Source: the human T2T-CHM13v2.0 reference genome, Homo sapiens
NCBI RefSeq assembly: GCF_009914755.1
Contig: NC_060926.1
Strand: one strand, 5' to 3'
Length of the DNA: 64,000 nt
The notes under the pieces: generated by a model
Database searches by the model: none
What the model saw: the letters and a program-made list of their open reading frames with translations, nothing else
Told to the model about the DNA's origin: nothing
Position numbers and translations under genes: made by a program
Shown: positions 40,320 through 54,890 of the stretch, piece by piece
How the letters are laid out: every line of letters begins with the position of its first letter
How positions within the stretch are numbered: the first letter of the stretch is position 1

Positions 40320-42370
40320 TTCCAGGCTTGTGGTAGCCACAAAGCAAAACCCTGTAGTAGAACCACAAAATAGAAAAAGTAAGGAATAAAGGCATACCAC
40401 ATACCACTAGAGAAAAATCACCCGATCATGAAGGAAGACAGCAAGAGAGGAATATGGGAACGGAAGATCTATAGCACAATCAGAACACAATTAACAAAAA
40501 GGCAACAGTAAGTTCTTACCTACAAATAATTAACCCCATTGCTTAATGGATTAAATTCTCCAATAAAAAGACATACAGTGACTGAATGGACAAAAACAAA
40601 CAAACAAATTATATGCTGCCTTCACCTTTCAGGACACACAGACTGAAAGTGAAAGGATTGAAAAATATATTTCATGCAAATTGAAACCTCAAGACATCAG
40701 AGGTAGCTATACTTACATCAGATAAAAAGTTTATAAGTCAACAACTATAAAACAAGAAGGCCAATTATACAATGATAAAGGGGTCAATTAATGAAGAGAA
40801 TAGGACATTGATAAATATATATGCACCCAACATTAGAGCACCTAAATACATACAACGTTTGCCTTATGTAGATCTGAAGGGACAGAGAGACTAAATGAAA
40901 GAGCAAATCTATAAAACTCTTAGAATAAAACATAGAAGTAGATCCTCATGACCTTGGATTTGGCAATGTAGTCTTAGATATGACACCAAAACCACAAACA
41001 TCCCAAGGAACAAATAGAATTCAAAATGGAAAACTTCTGTGTATCAAACAACATTATTAAGTAAGTAAAAAGAACCTAGAGTGAGAAAATATTTGCAAGT
41101 CTTATAGTGGATAAGAATGTAGTATATTAGTCCATTTTCCCACTGCTATAAAGAACTACCTGAGCCTAGGTAATTTATAAGCAAAAGAGGTTTTAATTGA
41201 CACACAGTCCCACATGGCATGGGAGGCCTCAGGAAACTTAACAATTATGGTGGAAGGTGAAGGGAAAGCAAGGCACACCTTACATGGCAGCAGGAAAGAG
41301 ACAGAGAGCAAAGGGAAGTGCCACACTTTTAAACCATCAGATCTTGTGAGAACTTACTCACTTTTATGAGAACAGCATGCAGGAAACCACCCCCATGATC
41401 AAATCACCTCCTACCAAGTCCCTCCCTTGACATGTGGGGATTACAATTCAAGATGAGATTTGGGTAGGGACACAGGGCCAAACCATATCATCTAGTATCC
41501 AGAATATATAAAGGACCCTTAGAACTCAGGAATGAAAAGACAAACAACCCAATTAAAATAGGCAAATAATTTTAATAGACATTTCTCTGAACAAGATAGA
41601 CAAATGGCCAACAAGTACAAGCAAATGTGCTCAACCTTGTCAGTCATTACAGAAATGCAAATCAAAGCAATAATGAGATATCCCTTTACATCCACGATGA
41701 TGGCTATAGTTGAAAACATGAAAAATAACAAACACTGGTAGGGATCTGGAGAAATTAGAGCCTTGCACATTGCAGGTGGGAATGTAAAATGGTGAAACTG
41801 CTGTGGAAGACACATTGGGGGGTTCCTCTAAAGTTAACCATAGAACTACCATAAGACCCGGCAATTTAACTCCTAGGTATATACCTCAAAAAATTCACAA
41901 CAGGTATTGTAACAAATACTTGTGAGCAAATATTCAGAGCAGCACCCTTGACAACAGCCAAAAGATAGAAACAATCCAGTGTCTATTGAATAATGAATTA
42001 ATAAGCAAACGTGGTATATATAGTGTTATACAATGGTATTATTCAGACATAAAATGAATGAAGTACTTACAGTTGTTTCAGCGTGGATGAACTTGTAAAA
42101 CATTATGCTAAGTGGAAAAAGTCAGCCACAAAAGTTCACATATTTTGATTTCATATGTGAAATATCTAGGATAGGCCAATCCATAGAGAGAGAAAGCAGA
42201 TTAGTGGCCAGGGTTTGGAATGTGGGTTGGGGGAGATAAAATATGAAGTGCCTTTTTAATGAAAATGGGGATTCCTTTTGAGATGATGAAATGTTTTAGG
42301 GCTAGATCGAGGTGATTGCTCACAACATTGTGAATGTATTGAACACTAGTGAATTGTACATCCATAAAAA
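40320..42370 (+). mobile_element. L1M/L1MB fragments (endonuclease region joined to late ORF2 and 3' UTR), interrupted by a MaLR LTR
   Basis: aatggattaaattctccaataaaaagaca and atatatgcacccaacattagagcacctaaata (endonuclease region); tagacatttctctgaacaagatagacaaatggccaacaag...gatgatgaaatgttttag...cacaacattgtgaatgta (L1MB 3' end). Confidence 0.85.
41123..41490 (-). mobile_element. MSTA/THE1D-like MaLR solo LTR
   Basis: tattagtccattttcccactgctataaagaactacctgag...gagatttgggtagggacacagggccaaaccatatca; 5-bp TSD tgtag/tctag. Confidence 0.92.
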
Positions 42371-42522
42371 AATGTGGTTTATCATAAGACAGTAATAACA
42401 CCAACAGAAAGAGCAAGATTTCTATAGGCAGGGTCATATGTCATCTGAAATTAATATTGTTAGCTTAATTGTATCTCACACCGAAAATGTTCTGTTCTAT
42501 CACTTATTGGTTTAAATTACTC

Positions 42523-42958
42523 TACGATAGAAGCTATGAAAATATGCCTTTCAGATATTCAACCGCAAAGAGTACTACTTACTGAGAACCCCAGCTTCTG
42601 AATTTTGACATCATCACTGTGTTCCCACCAATAGTCCACTTCCTATGGACTGCTCCCAGACAATGACTGAGCCTGGCAGGGATAAGACAGGCCCATTATA
42701 GAGGAATGGGGGACCTTTCTGAAAGGTGACTTTGGATCAACGACTTCCTTGGAACTGCAATGCCTTCTAAGGCTCTAACACCCATCTTCCTTCCTTCCCC
42801 CTCTCCTTTACAAGGCCAGATCTGCATGTGATCTAACAGCTCGCCTGGTCTTCCTTGAGTCCCTTCCCAATTTCCTTCACAGGTACTTCTCCTTATAAAC
42901 CTCTTGCATGTTTAGTCTTGTTTTGGCATAAGCTTCACAGAGGATCTGGACTAACACA
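42523..42958 (+). mobile_element. LTR16-like (ERVL) solo LTR
   Basis: ggactgctcccagacaatgactgagcctggcagggata...ccttcacaggtacttctccttataaacctcttgcatg...cagaggatctggactaacaca. Confidence 0.75.
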
Positions 42959-45900
42959 TCTATTTACACTAAAATGAAAAGATGAATTACAGAGTGGTAA
43001 TAAGTTTTTAAGATCCAACCCAAAAATTCAAAGGCAGTTTGTGCTGTTAGTCTCGTGGTTCACATTTAATGGTAGACCCCTGGAGTTGGAGATTTACTTT
43101 TCTCTACTTTGTTGGAAAAAACTTTATAGCGCAGCAATGGTCTAATCAGTAGGTTCTCATCGAATGCTCATAAAGCTATTCAGTAGTTCTTATAGCTGAC
43201 TTGCTTTTAAAAAATACCTTCTACAAAATAGAGAATGTGTAAATTTCTTCTCTTTGATTTATTAACACTCTTTATTGTATCTTGTGCCAGTACACCAGCT
43301 GACTCAATAAAGCTTCAATGGAGATAATGTTAAATGCTAGACTCTGAGGTTGGCTACAGTTCTAGATGTCAATAAGCAAACAATCACTTAGCATGCCCTC
43401 TACGGGGAATAGTCTTGATTAATTTAAAAGATTAGATTAATTTCATTGAAGAGACAGATTTCCCCTGTAAACGGGACCAGTTTCAAAAACAAGGGTATCA
43501 CTCTTTTACTTCTTTAATAATAGTAAATATTTATTCTTTATGACTTTAATAAATAGGAGTAACTCACCAATCATTATCAATTTAACCCCAAGGAGTAGCG
43601 TCTTCTTCAGGAATTTAGAGGTATTGTGTCTCTATCTGAATCTCATTTCTGGTTCTGTCATTAGCTGTCATCCTGGCAGAATTTCTCTTCTTTTTGTGGT
43701 GGGTGTTAGGGTATTTATCCAAAAACAATAAAGTAATTTCCACATTTAACAAATATGTCTTTGTTTTGCCAACTCTTTATAAATACAACATTCGATTAAA
43801 AATCATATAAACTTAGGCTATTACTGATATTTTTGTTTTCTTCTAATCTTTACTAGGCATTAACCAAGTGGTAGACAATGAAAGGATCCAGTACATTCCT
43901 TCTTAGTGCTTAATAATAATCAAATATAATGACCTTGAGGTACAAAGAAAGCCCTAATTTCTACACAAATTCTATGTGTTCTAATTTATACATATATATG
44001 CATAATGGATCACATATGCATATATATGTGTGTGTGTATTAGATTATAGAGCAATTGTGTAGAGATTAGGACTTTATATCTTTCAGATGTTAAAAGCAAA
44101 AATATACATTGAAACTAGTATATGTTTTAGACACTTGTGACTTTAAGACAACCAAGAGGTATTATTAAAATCTATCTACTCATTAAAATGTCAATATAAC
44201 ATTAATTAGTTACATAAATATTTTGTTGGAATGTGATATAGATTTGATTATTCATTTCAACCAGAAAATTATGAATTTCTAAATATTACTGCTAAATACA
44301 GTTATCTTGGAAGCTAAAATGTGGTCATCTACAGGGAAGTGATAAAGAAAGAAAAAAATTATTATTTTAAAAGTAGCATTGGCGCTATTAAAGCAGCTTT
44401 AAAAGATATGAAAAATCAAAGCAAATTGCTGAAGCTTTAGGGAGTTTCTACAATCCTGGATAAACAATGGATAGGGAAAAGAGAATGATTATATAGTCAT
44501 AGACTGGAGCTATTTCATATGTTCATTTCTGGTATTTACGTTGTTAATATTTAGGGAGACAGTACTATAGAAAATGTTTTACTACATCTCTGTATTTTAA
44601 TCTAATAAGTATATCTTAAGGGTTTGTTGTATTTTCAGGCATTTTCAAACCACTTTTAAGTTTTAAACATTTGCCCAGAACTGCGTATCCAATTTTGAAA
44701 TAAAAGTCGTTAGGTAAATATAATTAGTTTAGTAGATATTTACCTTAAGGTTTACTTTCTGGGATATATTTCTTTCACTAGATTGGCTTGTTGGAAGGAA
44801 TTGAAGTTAAAAAATCAGTGCTTACCTTTTTGTCACAGATTAGAGGGGAGTGGGAATTGGTTTAAAATGAGCTTGAAACTGGCCTATAAGGAGGAAAAAG
44901 GCTTTGACCTTGAACAGCAAAAGACCACAATTACTTTAGGACCTGGAACGTAAAAAAACCATGTAAATCCTCATTTCATATCACCTCACTGATTAGATTT
45001 GAAGTGACTATTAAGTCATATCAAGTCTCTCCAGCATAGGACAATGTAGAAAGCCAAAGCGAGTGCTATTTGTGCCACCAGTATAATGAAGCTGTGCTTT
45101 GCTCTTTAATTAGCAGAATACCTATGGCGCTGTCCTAGGGCCTAAGTGAAATTTTACATCGAAATCATTATGCTGAAGAGCAGCAAAGGTGTTTCACATG
45201 TTAATAGGGGGAAGTAGTATTAAGATTAAAAAGATTTAACCATGTTGCATTTTATTTCAGTAATTACTTAACCATTTTTAACGAAACCTGCCAACTTAGT
45301 ATCTGTAATTATGGCATGTATTAAAACCAGCCAAGCTGTTAAGTGCACACTCAAATGTGTAGCTACTGCTCTAATACATCACTCAATCATTTTCCATTAT
45401 ACTATGCAACATTAGTCACCATTATTGCAGCGTGCAGCCCTGATAAACACTTAATGCTAAAGGAGAAAGTGTTGGGAATATTGCCTAATGTTCTTTATCT
45501 CTGCATTTACATTATGTTTCTCATGTGGTTCTCCTTGCTTCAATTCATCTGGTTTCATTTGTTAAATTTGCACAAATTCTTAACATAAAAGTATCCCCAA
45601 ATGTGTATGTTGTAATTAGGTTGTAATTCTGAGCAGAGGTTCTAGTGACATTTAAGAGAAAACTGAGAGGCCTAGGGGATCCTGACAACCCAGGGGAATT
45701 TAGAAAGGGAATAGTAGAAATAATTGAGCAAATCAGGAGCTGATTATTTTATGCATGGCTACTTACAAAATACAAACTTCCTTACTTACTGTTGTCCTTT
45801 ATTTCTCTCAATTCAGTCCTTACATCACACCTGTTAAATATCTAGTGCTTTAGTTTGCATCCATTTAAATAAACTTATTGATGGAAATTTGCTTTGTTCA

Positions 45901-46727
45901 AAATGTCTATCTGCAACTAGGATCATAGGACCTGTTGGCACTCAAGTCTGTCACCTCTTCATAGGTGCAGGTGTCTCACTCAGCCCTTTATCTGTATGTC
46001 CCATCACTTCAGACTGTGCTTCCCCTATCCTGAAATGTTTTAAGCATTTCCTGCCTTGGCCTTACTGATTTCAGATAGAGCAGCGTTTTCTGGTACTGTC
46101 CTGTTCTCTGGCATCCTCAGCAGAGCTGCAGCCAAGCCACCACTTCATAGCCAGTCAGTAAGCAGTGTTACCAAAGGGTCTTTCTGTTTCAAAATCAAAA
46201 GGAAAATCGAAGTTTTCAATATAACCTCACCACATTGCCTCTGAATGTTCATAGCAAATCAAGAACCCTGAATATAGCAAGACAGTGGTTTTAAAATATT
46301 GGCTTTCCCTTGAAGGGAGTTGCCTATTGAAGTTTCTATCCTACAGTGTGGGAAATAGAATCAGGATTTTCATCCTATAAATATGTTCTTATTGCAGATA
46401 AGACACTGAAGAAAAGAGACTTACCCAAAGCATTTAGGCTGGGTCTTGAAGGAGACTATAAAAGCTTCTCTTTCAATTCATTTATTTATCAGCCCGTGAG
46501 TCTCTGGGTTTAGGTCCATCCTGTGTTTTCAGTGCTGTTGTCTTCCAGAATTCCAAATGCGTTTCCCCTTCCTGTCTGCCATTCCAAATTCTATTCAGTT
46601 TTAACCCTGCTTCCTCCTACAGGATTATATTAATTAGGTTAGCCCACTTTAACTTTTCATTTTAGGATTTTGATAGCTCTTAGTGCCAGGAATGTAAAAT
46701 TTAACTGTAAAAGAGTCATCTATACTT

Positions 46728-46973
46728 CTATTTTTATTTATTTACATTTATTTATTTATTTATTTAATTTTGAGGCAGAGTCTGGCTCTGTAGCTCTGTA
46801 GCTGGGACTATAGGCATGTACTACTACCACGCCCAGCTAATTTTTGTATTTTTGGTAGAGACGGGGTTTTACCATGTTGGCTAGGCTGGTCTCCAACTCC
46901 CAGCCTCAGGTGATACACCTGCCTCAGCCTCCCAAAGTGCTGGGATTACAGGTGTCAGCCACTGTGCTCAGCC
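46728..46973 (-). mobile_element. AluS with an ~85-90-nt internal deletion in the right arm
   Basis: gagtctggctctgtagctctgtagctgggac jumps over most of the right arm; 17-bp TSD aagagtcatct(a/g)tactt at 46711-46727 and 46974-46990. Confidence 0.93.
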
Positions 46974-47173
46974 AAGAGTCATCTGTACTTAATAATGATT
47001 GCCGTGCCATACAAATCAACTAGAGGTCTTATTAAAATATGGATTCTGACCTGGCACATCTGGTGTAGGGCTCAAGTTTCTGCAATTCTGACCAGCTCCC
47101 AAGTAAGTACAGTGCTGCTGATCCCTAGATCATTCTGTAACCTGCAACGTGCTAGTTCACTCATTCCTAAATA

Positions 47174-47303
47174 CAGGTTGACTATCCCTAAATTTGAAAT
47201 GCTCCAAAATCCAAAATCCTTTGAGCACCAACATGACCCTCAGAGGAAATGTTCATTGGAGCATTTCAGATTTGGGATTTTTAAATTAAGAATGCTCAAT
47301 TGG
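47174..47303. mobile_element. Tigger4/MER46 (Zombi) MITE
   Basis: TA-caggttgactatccctaaatttgaaatgctccaaaatcc...ggagcatttcagatttggga...atgctcaattgg-TA; terminal inverted repeats are visible. Confidence 0.85.
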
Positions 47304-47324
47304 TAAAAACTACTGCAAATATTT

Positions 47325-47482
47325 ATTTTACCTGGAGCCCTTTGCAAAATGCTGATTCCTAGGCAGTTTACTTTTTCACATCTGATAAAACAGAATCTAC
47401 ATGGTAGAGGCCCAGGCATCTGTATTCTCCACAAAACATCAGATTATTCTAAGGCACAGCCACTAATTCTAGCCCACTGTCT
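47325..47482. mobile_element. MER5-like hAT fragment (a second one lies at ~47015-47140)
   Basis: acctggagcc...aaaatgctgattcctagg...cagaatct...gggcccaggcatctgtatt. Confidence 0.6.
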
Positions 47483-47922
47483 TTATATTGCTGACAAAAA
47501 ACTTAGTTCCACAGCATTTGCAATCTTAGGAGTTGACAGATAGGGAATCTACATTTTTCCCCCCATTTAAAAAACTTACTGGTATGAATTTACAGCTTAA
47601 TTTTTAGCTTTTCTAGACATTTTTACCATCTGTAAAAGGGACATAGTATTACCTAACTCACAAGATTTCTATTAGAGTTGTCAAAGATAATACATGAAGA
47701 TGTCTAGGCCACAGCAGATGCTGAATTTATTTTTGATAGGACATCATTTCCTAGTTGTATATATATGCATTCTCTTCTAAACTAGATTACAAGCAATTTG
47801 AGGGCAGGGATCAATGATATGCTCCCCTTTTTGATTTCACTTCTCCCTACCACAAGGCTGAGAACAGAGCAAATGCTTAATAGATGTGTAATAATGTGGA
47901 TCAGAACAAACTTCTTCTTGTC

Positions 47923-48207
<285 letters not shown>

Positions 48208-49256
48208 TTCTTGTCTTTTTAACATACAGTCTGTCTGCTCACGTTAGTTAGTGTTAGGTAGTTATGTTTACAGGACCCTGAACCAAAGGCCACTGAACTG
48301 AACTTAGAATTCCCGTGTCCTGAACAGCTCTTCCATGTCTACAGAAAGCTGACCTCACTTTGGATTATACCATACCTCATCAAAGATCAGAATGCTGGGT
48401 CAACTAGAAGGTCAATTTGAAATTCAGATAGATTATGGTTTGGGTTTCAAACTGAGAATGCAATTTTGCTTCGATTTTAATTCCCAAATCAACTTACCTT
48501 GTAACTAAGCTAACCACTGTAGATGACTCTGGAGTAGAAATAACTCAATCTAATAATTCCCCATCACATTAGTACTGTACTTATTTTTTTTAACTCCTCT
48601 CTTCACCACTAGACTACAAAAAGTACCTTAAAGTCAGAGTGTGTTTTTGCCTTTCTCTCCCCAGTGGCACCGCAATATAAGCTATATAGTAGATAGTAGT
48701 TTCATGGGCTAAGTCTATACCTTTATAGTTTTTCTGGGTAGGGAACAAGAGAAAATGAATGCTGGCCTGATGTTTATTAGGCTCCCATTCTGAAGTGTTT
48801 GCAATACTTTTAGAATACCTTCTAATTTTGTGGTTCCATCAATGCTTCTCAAAGTAATTCTTGCAATTTTCTGGGAAGGGATAGTGGTGGTAAGGAATAG
48901 TACGGAGATACAAATATAAAAATAGCCCAGAAGGTAGACTAATTAGAACTCCCAAGCAGTCACAATCCTGACATCATAAACTATTTCTGTACACCAGAGT
49001 GGAAGAAGAATAGAATATTTCATCTGTTTATTTCATGGTGCTTTCCCAGGACCTAGAGCAATGACTAGTGCGCAATAAATACGTATTAAGTATATGAGTG
49101 AAATAACAAATATTGCTAGTCATGCAAAATTGTTAGATTCCCAAGACACACCTGTGTAAGGGATGGTTCTTGCAAACTAGTTGCTCCTTGGTCAAAGTGA
49201 TCTGACAACATAATTCATCAACATTCTGGTCACCTTGGTCTCTGTGTGTGGCTACA

Positions 49257-49286
49257 GTGTGTGTGTTTGTGTGTGTGTGTGTGTGT
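49257..49286. repeat. (TG)n microsatellite
   Basis: Directly visible. Confidence 0.9.
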
Positions 49287-49784
49287 AATTGTTGAGATTT
49301 TACATATCTCAGGTATATGCTATAAAATTATCAGTAAAGCTAAAACCAGAGTAGTGTTTTTCCCTAGTGATTAAAGGGAATTGTATTATCTTTGAGAATG
49401 CTTGCCATATTTAAGTAGACCGAAAGGTTTTTGAAGAATAAGAGCCAGTGGGAATTTGTAAGCACATTCAATACATAAATGTATGAGGCCCATTAGGGAG
49501 GTTAGGAAGGCTTTCTGTAGATGGGTTGATGACAGATGGCTGAGAAAGTATCTTGGTTTAGGAATGTCTAGGATGGTTGTCAGCCTCATTAAGTAAAATT
49601 TTTCAAACTGCTCATTTCCTCCTGACTAAATCCCCATCTTGTTTTCTTATCTTGTACTAGCCATGTTGTCTTCAAAGGGAACAGTCTGTCCAAAATATGC
49701 CACATTACAATTTTTTCTAGTGTATTATTTCTGCTATAACAGGCTCATAGTATATTAAAGCAGTTGATTTCTTGCAATTCTTAA

Positions 49785-49895
49785 TTCCAAGCATCTCATT
49801 TTACAGATATAGATACTGAGTCTAGAGAAGTTGGAAGCTGTCTGAGGTCACATGACTAGTTAGTGACAAAGCCAGAAATAGAACCCTGACTGTCA
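49785..49895 (-). mobile_element. MIR core fragment
   Basis: ctcattttacagatatagatactgagtctagagaagtt...aggtcacatgactagttagtgacaaagccagaaatagaaccc. Confidence 0.8.
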
Positions 49896-50349
49896 GGCCC
49901 CTACTTATGCCAGTACCTCATGCTCTGACAAAGAGCTGGGACACAAACATGTCCACTGGCAATCTGGTTCAACAGCGATGCTACATCTGCAAGAAGTTGA
50001 TTTGGGTTCAATCATATATGTAGCTGTCAAAATCAAATACAGAAATAAAGCTTGGTCTGATTTTATATGAAGCAGCATTTTAAAGTCTGTATCATAGTAC
50101 ATTTTAATTACTCTATTTTTGTCCTAAATATAATACTAGGTTACTTGACATTTCTTAGAGAGTTTTACATAAGCCGAAGATAAAATGCATTTTAAACTGT
50201 AAAATATATTTGTATCTGACTTTAGGCAAGCAATTTTTCCTGAAAAAAAAATTAACTTTTTGCAATTAGGTGTTTTTTAACTGTCTTCTCAAGCATGTAT
50301 CCCCACAAAAATATTACTGACCAAAGTTACCATTAAAAGTAGCTACTCT

Positions 50350-50612
<263 letters not shown>

Positions 50613-50639
50613 TAGTAGCTACTCTTGATGAGATCTACC

Positions 50640-50825
50640 CTTGATTGTTTACAATTTGTCAAGCACTGTACAAAATTATTGGCAAATATTCTTTGATTAT
50701 ATATGCACAGTAATCTTATGGGACAAATGTTATCTTCATCTTACAGGGAGAATATTGAGATATAGTAAGTTTTTCAAAGTCACGAATTCAAACCTGGGTC
50801 TTCCTGAGTCTCTAAAGCTGTACAC
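50640..50825 (-). mobile_element. MIR fragment
   Basis: tatcttcatcttacagggagaatattgaga...aaagtcac...ttcaaacctgggtcttcctgagtc. Confidence 0.6.
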
Positions 50826-51222
50826 TTGATCACTCTGCTATACAGCTACCCTGCTCTCTAATTTTAAAATTTGGCTTGAGAAATGGAGTAAATGTTTTAA
50901 TATTATATGTTTCATAGAGACAGAATAATTCTGATAGATAATTAACTATATTTAAGACAATACTATATATAATCTTCCCTAATCTCCAGACACCAGAGTG
51001 AGTTTGACATAATGGAATTTGTACACAACTTGACATCAAGGGACCAGGATGAGAATCTTATTTCAATAACCTACTAGTTAAGTGGTTTTGGTTAAGTTTA
51101 ATCATTTATCTTTAGTATTTGCAACCATAAATTTGGAATAGTGATATTAGTTGCAGGATTATTGTGAGATTAAAGATAAGTAAATACTTGGCATAATGCT
51201 TTTCATATTGGGCAATCAATAA

Positions 51223-51676
<454 letters not shown>

Positions 51677-52221
51677 TGACAGATGTGTCAAATTTTATTT
51701 CAAATTTCACTAAGGAAGGAAACTTAAGAAGATTAATTTAAAAATCCTCTCTTGGTTGAGGCATTTTATTTGTTAGATAACCCTGATAACTGGATACAAA
51801 AAAAAAGAGAATTGCTGTTTAAATGCCATTACTCTTGACTGACAATTAGCTATATACGTAGGTAACAAGTTTCCCAGAAGGGATCTTAATCCATTAACGT
51901 CTAGCAGCAAATTGGTTGAGCATTTTTCTGGGTATGTTAATTTCTCTCTAGGAGGAGATTGGACATTCTATTATGAGAAAGTTCCCACCTTCTACCAGGA
52001 TGGGGCCATGAGTCCTCATTTCCTTCTCCATTAATAGCATCTGGCTTTCCTATCCCAGTATATCTCCTTTTGTACTATTACAGTGGTCTAATAACTGGTC
52101 ATTATATCATCAGAACCTGTTGTTCCAATTCATCTTCTATATGATAACCAAAATTATTTTTCTAAAATCTAAATCTAATCACACCACTCACTAAGTTAGA
52201 AAGTTCTCCATTGCTTAGAAA

Positions 52222-52316
52222 TTGATGTGATTATTACACATTGCATGCCTGTATCAAAACACCTCATGCACCCCATAAATATATACACCTACTATGTACC
52301 CACAAACTTTTTTTAA
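52222..52316 (+). mobile_element. L1MA 3' terminal ~95 bp inside L2-like sequence
   Basis: gatgtgattattacacattgcatgcctgtatcaaaacacctcatgcaccccataaatatatacacctactatgtacccacaaa. Confidence 0.85.
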
Positions 52317-52373
52317 CTCTAAAGTCCTTAAACGTGCTTCCTCACAACTTGTTCCCATCCTCCTGCCCAGACT

Positions 52374-52698
<325 letters not shown>

Positions 52699-52747
52699 CC
52701 AGATCCTATTTCATGAAATCTTTCTTCTATCTGCAGTAGCAAACTAA

Positions 52748-53222
<475 letters not shown>

Positions 53223-53339
53223 GATGTGATTCATTTCTAAGGACCCTTATTAAGTGACACCAGTTACCTGAAGTACCTTTCCCAGTATCCCACTGGAATC
53301 GCTTTTATTCTCACCTGTTAAGTAATAAGAAGCTTTTTA

Positions 53340-53615
53340 TTGTTTTATTTAACAAACACTGACATTGCACCTAGTATGTGACATATACTATGTTAAGCAC
53401 TTTATTCACTAATTTGTATTTAGTATAAATATTAACTTACAATCCCATGAAGTAACTATGATTTTGTTTTTATTTTACAGGTTAAAAGCGTGAGGTACAG
53501 AGAAGTTAAGTTTTTACTCAAAGTCACATAGATATTAAATGCTGGTGCTAGGTTCAAACTTAGGAAATCTGGTTCTGAGTCCCTCCAGAGCCCATGTTTT
53601 TTATCACTATGCTAA
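53340..53615 (-). mobile_element. MIR
   Basis: cacctagtatgtgac...aagcacttt...attttacaggttaaaagcgtgaggtacagagaagttaag...aagtcacatag...ccagagcccatgttttttatcactatgcta. Confidence 0.8.
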
Positions 53616-53689
53616 AATCCCTCCTATAGACTATTACATATTGCATTATGGATATATTGCAATGCTTAAAACATTACAGTATTTTGGTG

Positions 53690-53815
53690 TTTACATATCT
53701 ATCTCTCTACTAAGCTTCCTGAAAACAGAAACTGTTTAATTTCGTTTCCCAGATTGCTGGCTTAGCACCTGACATGAAATGGGTATTCAATAAATGCTTG
53801 TTGAATTGAATTGAG
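53690..53815 (+). mobile_element. L2 3' end
   Basis: taagcttcctgaaaacagaaactg...cttagcacctgacatgaaatgggtattcaataaatgcttgttgaattgaattga. Confidence 0.75.
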
Positions 53816-54689
53816 TTAAGATTAAAGCCAATTTGTTTGTCTTTCCTCTGCTGATAAATGGACTTGCATGGCAGTTGTTTGCCTTGAGGTTTGTTTCTAT
53901 AAACTCAGTGGGAGAAAAGGTAAGAAGATAAAAGCAAGTTAGCTCAGCAAAAAAGAAAGACTAGTAAATGATCAGAAAACACCATTAAATACTATCACAG
54001 AAGTTCTTTTCAGGAATGAATATTTACTTTAGCCATCTAGTGGGGGAGATAGAAGTTTACACAATAATAGGGTGACTAGGAAGCCTTGTGTCAATAGTGC
54101 AATTTGTTTACTGAATAAATCAAAGAGTCGTATACACAATTTGTACACTTTGAACATTGTTAAATGAAGTTGACCTGTATTCTTTGGAAAGGGAAATGCT
54201 GCTTCTGATAGAAATCCTGATAGCTCAAGTAGAAAAAGCTGAACTAATTGAATCTTCAAAGGAAAAAAAAAATTACAAATCCCTTTAGAGGGAAAAATAT
54301 AATAAAAGAGGATAAAACCAAAATAATCATTTAGGCTTTATCATTATGGATTATGAATATTCTCATGGAAGCATTTGGCACTAATGAGCTCTAATAGGAC
54401 TATAGTATTACAAAGCTGTCGTCATGGCAATTAATAATACATATGATCTCCACTGAAATATCAAATAAATCTATGGTAAAATGTATATTGGACTTGAGTA
54501 AATGCCAAATGGGTGTAATGGTGAGAGGCATTGATGATGGAAAGATAGCACTGCCTTTTCTCTTATGTAATTCAGTATTCAGGTAAATAAACACACTTCA
54601 TGTTATAAATGATTGGCTTCTAGTTCTTCCGTCAATGAGTAAGAATTCAATCATATAAAACTACTACAGCTTAATATTCAGTAAAGTAA

Positions 54690-54890
54690 TAGACTCAAAA
54701 TCAGAATTGTTGAGATGAAAGCACCTTCAAAGTAGGTTATGTTCAAATTCCCACCCAATATAGACGTTTTTTTGCTTCTACAATATTCCTTAAAAATAGT
54801 TATTCATTCTCACTAGTTCTACCCATCAGGAAATGTAATACTTTATACAATAATCCTTTCCATTTTTGTCCAGCTTTAGTTTTCAGAGGG
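54690..54890 (-). mobile_element. L3/CR1-like 3' fragment
   Basis: cagaattgttgagatgaaagcaccttcaaag...gttcaaattccc...cctttccatttttgtccagctttagttttcaga resembles an antisense CR1/L3 end. Confidence 0.45.

Noticed and set aside
45790-45830. Possible minus-strand micro-exon ending in gtaagt
   Set aside because: The acceptor lacks a polypyrimidine tract.
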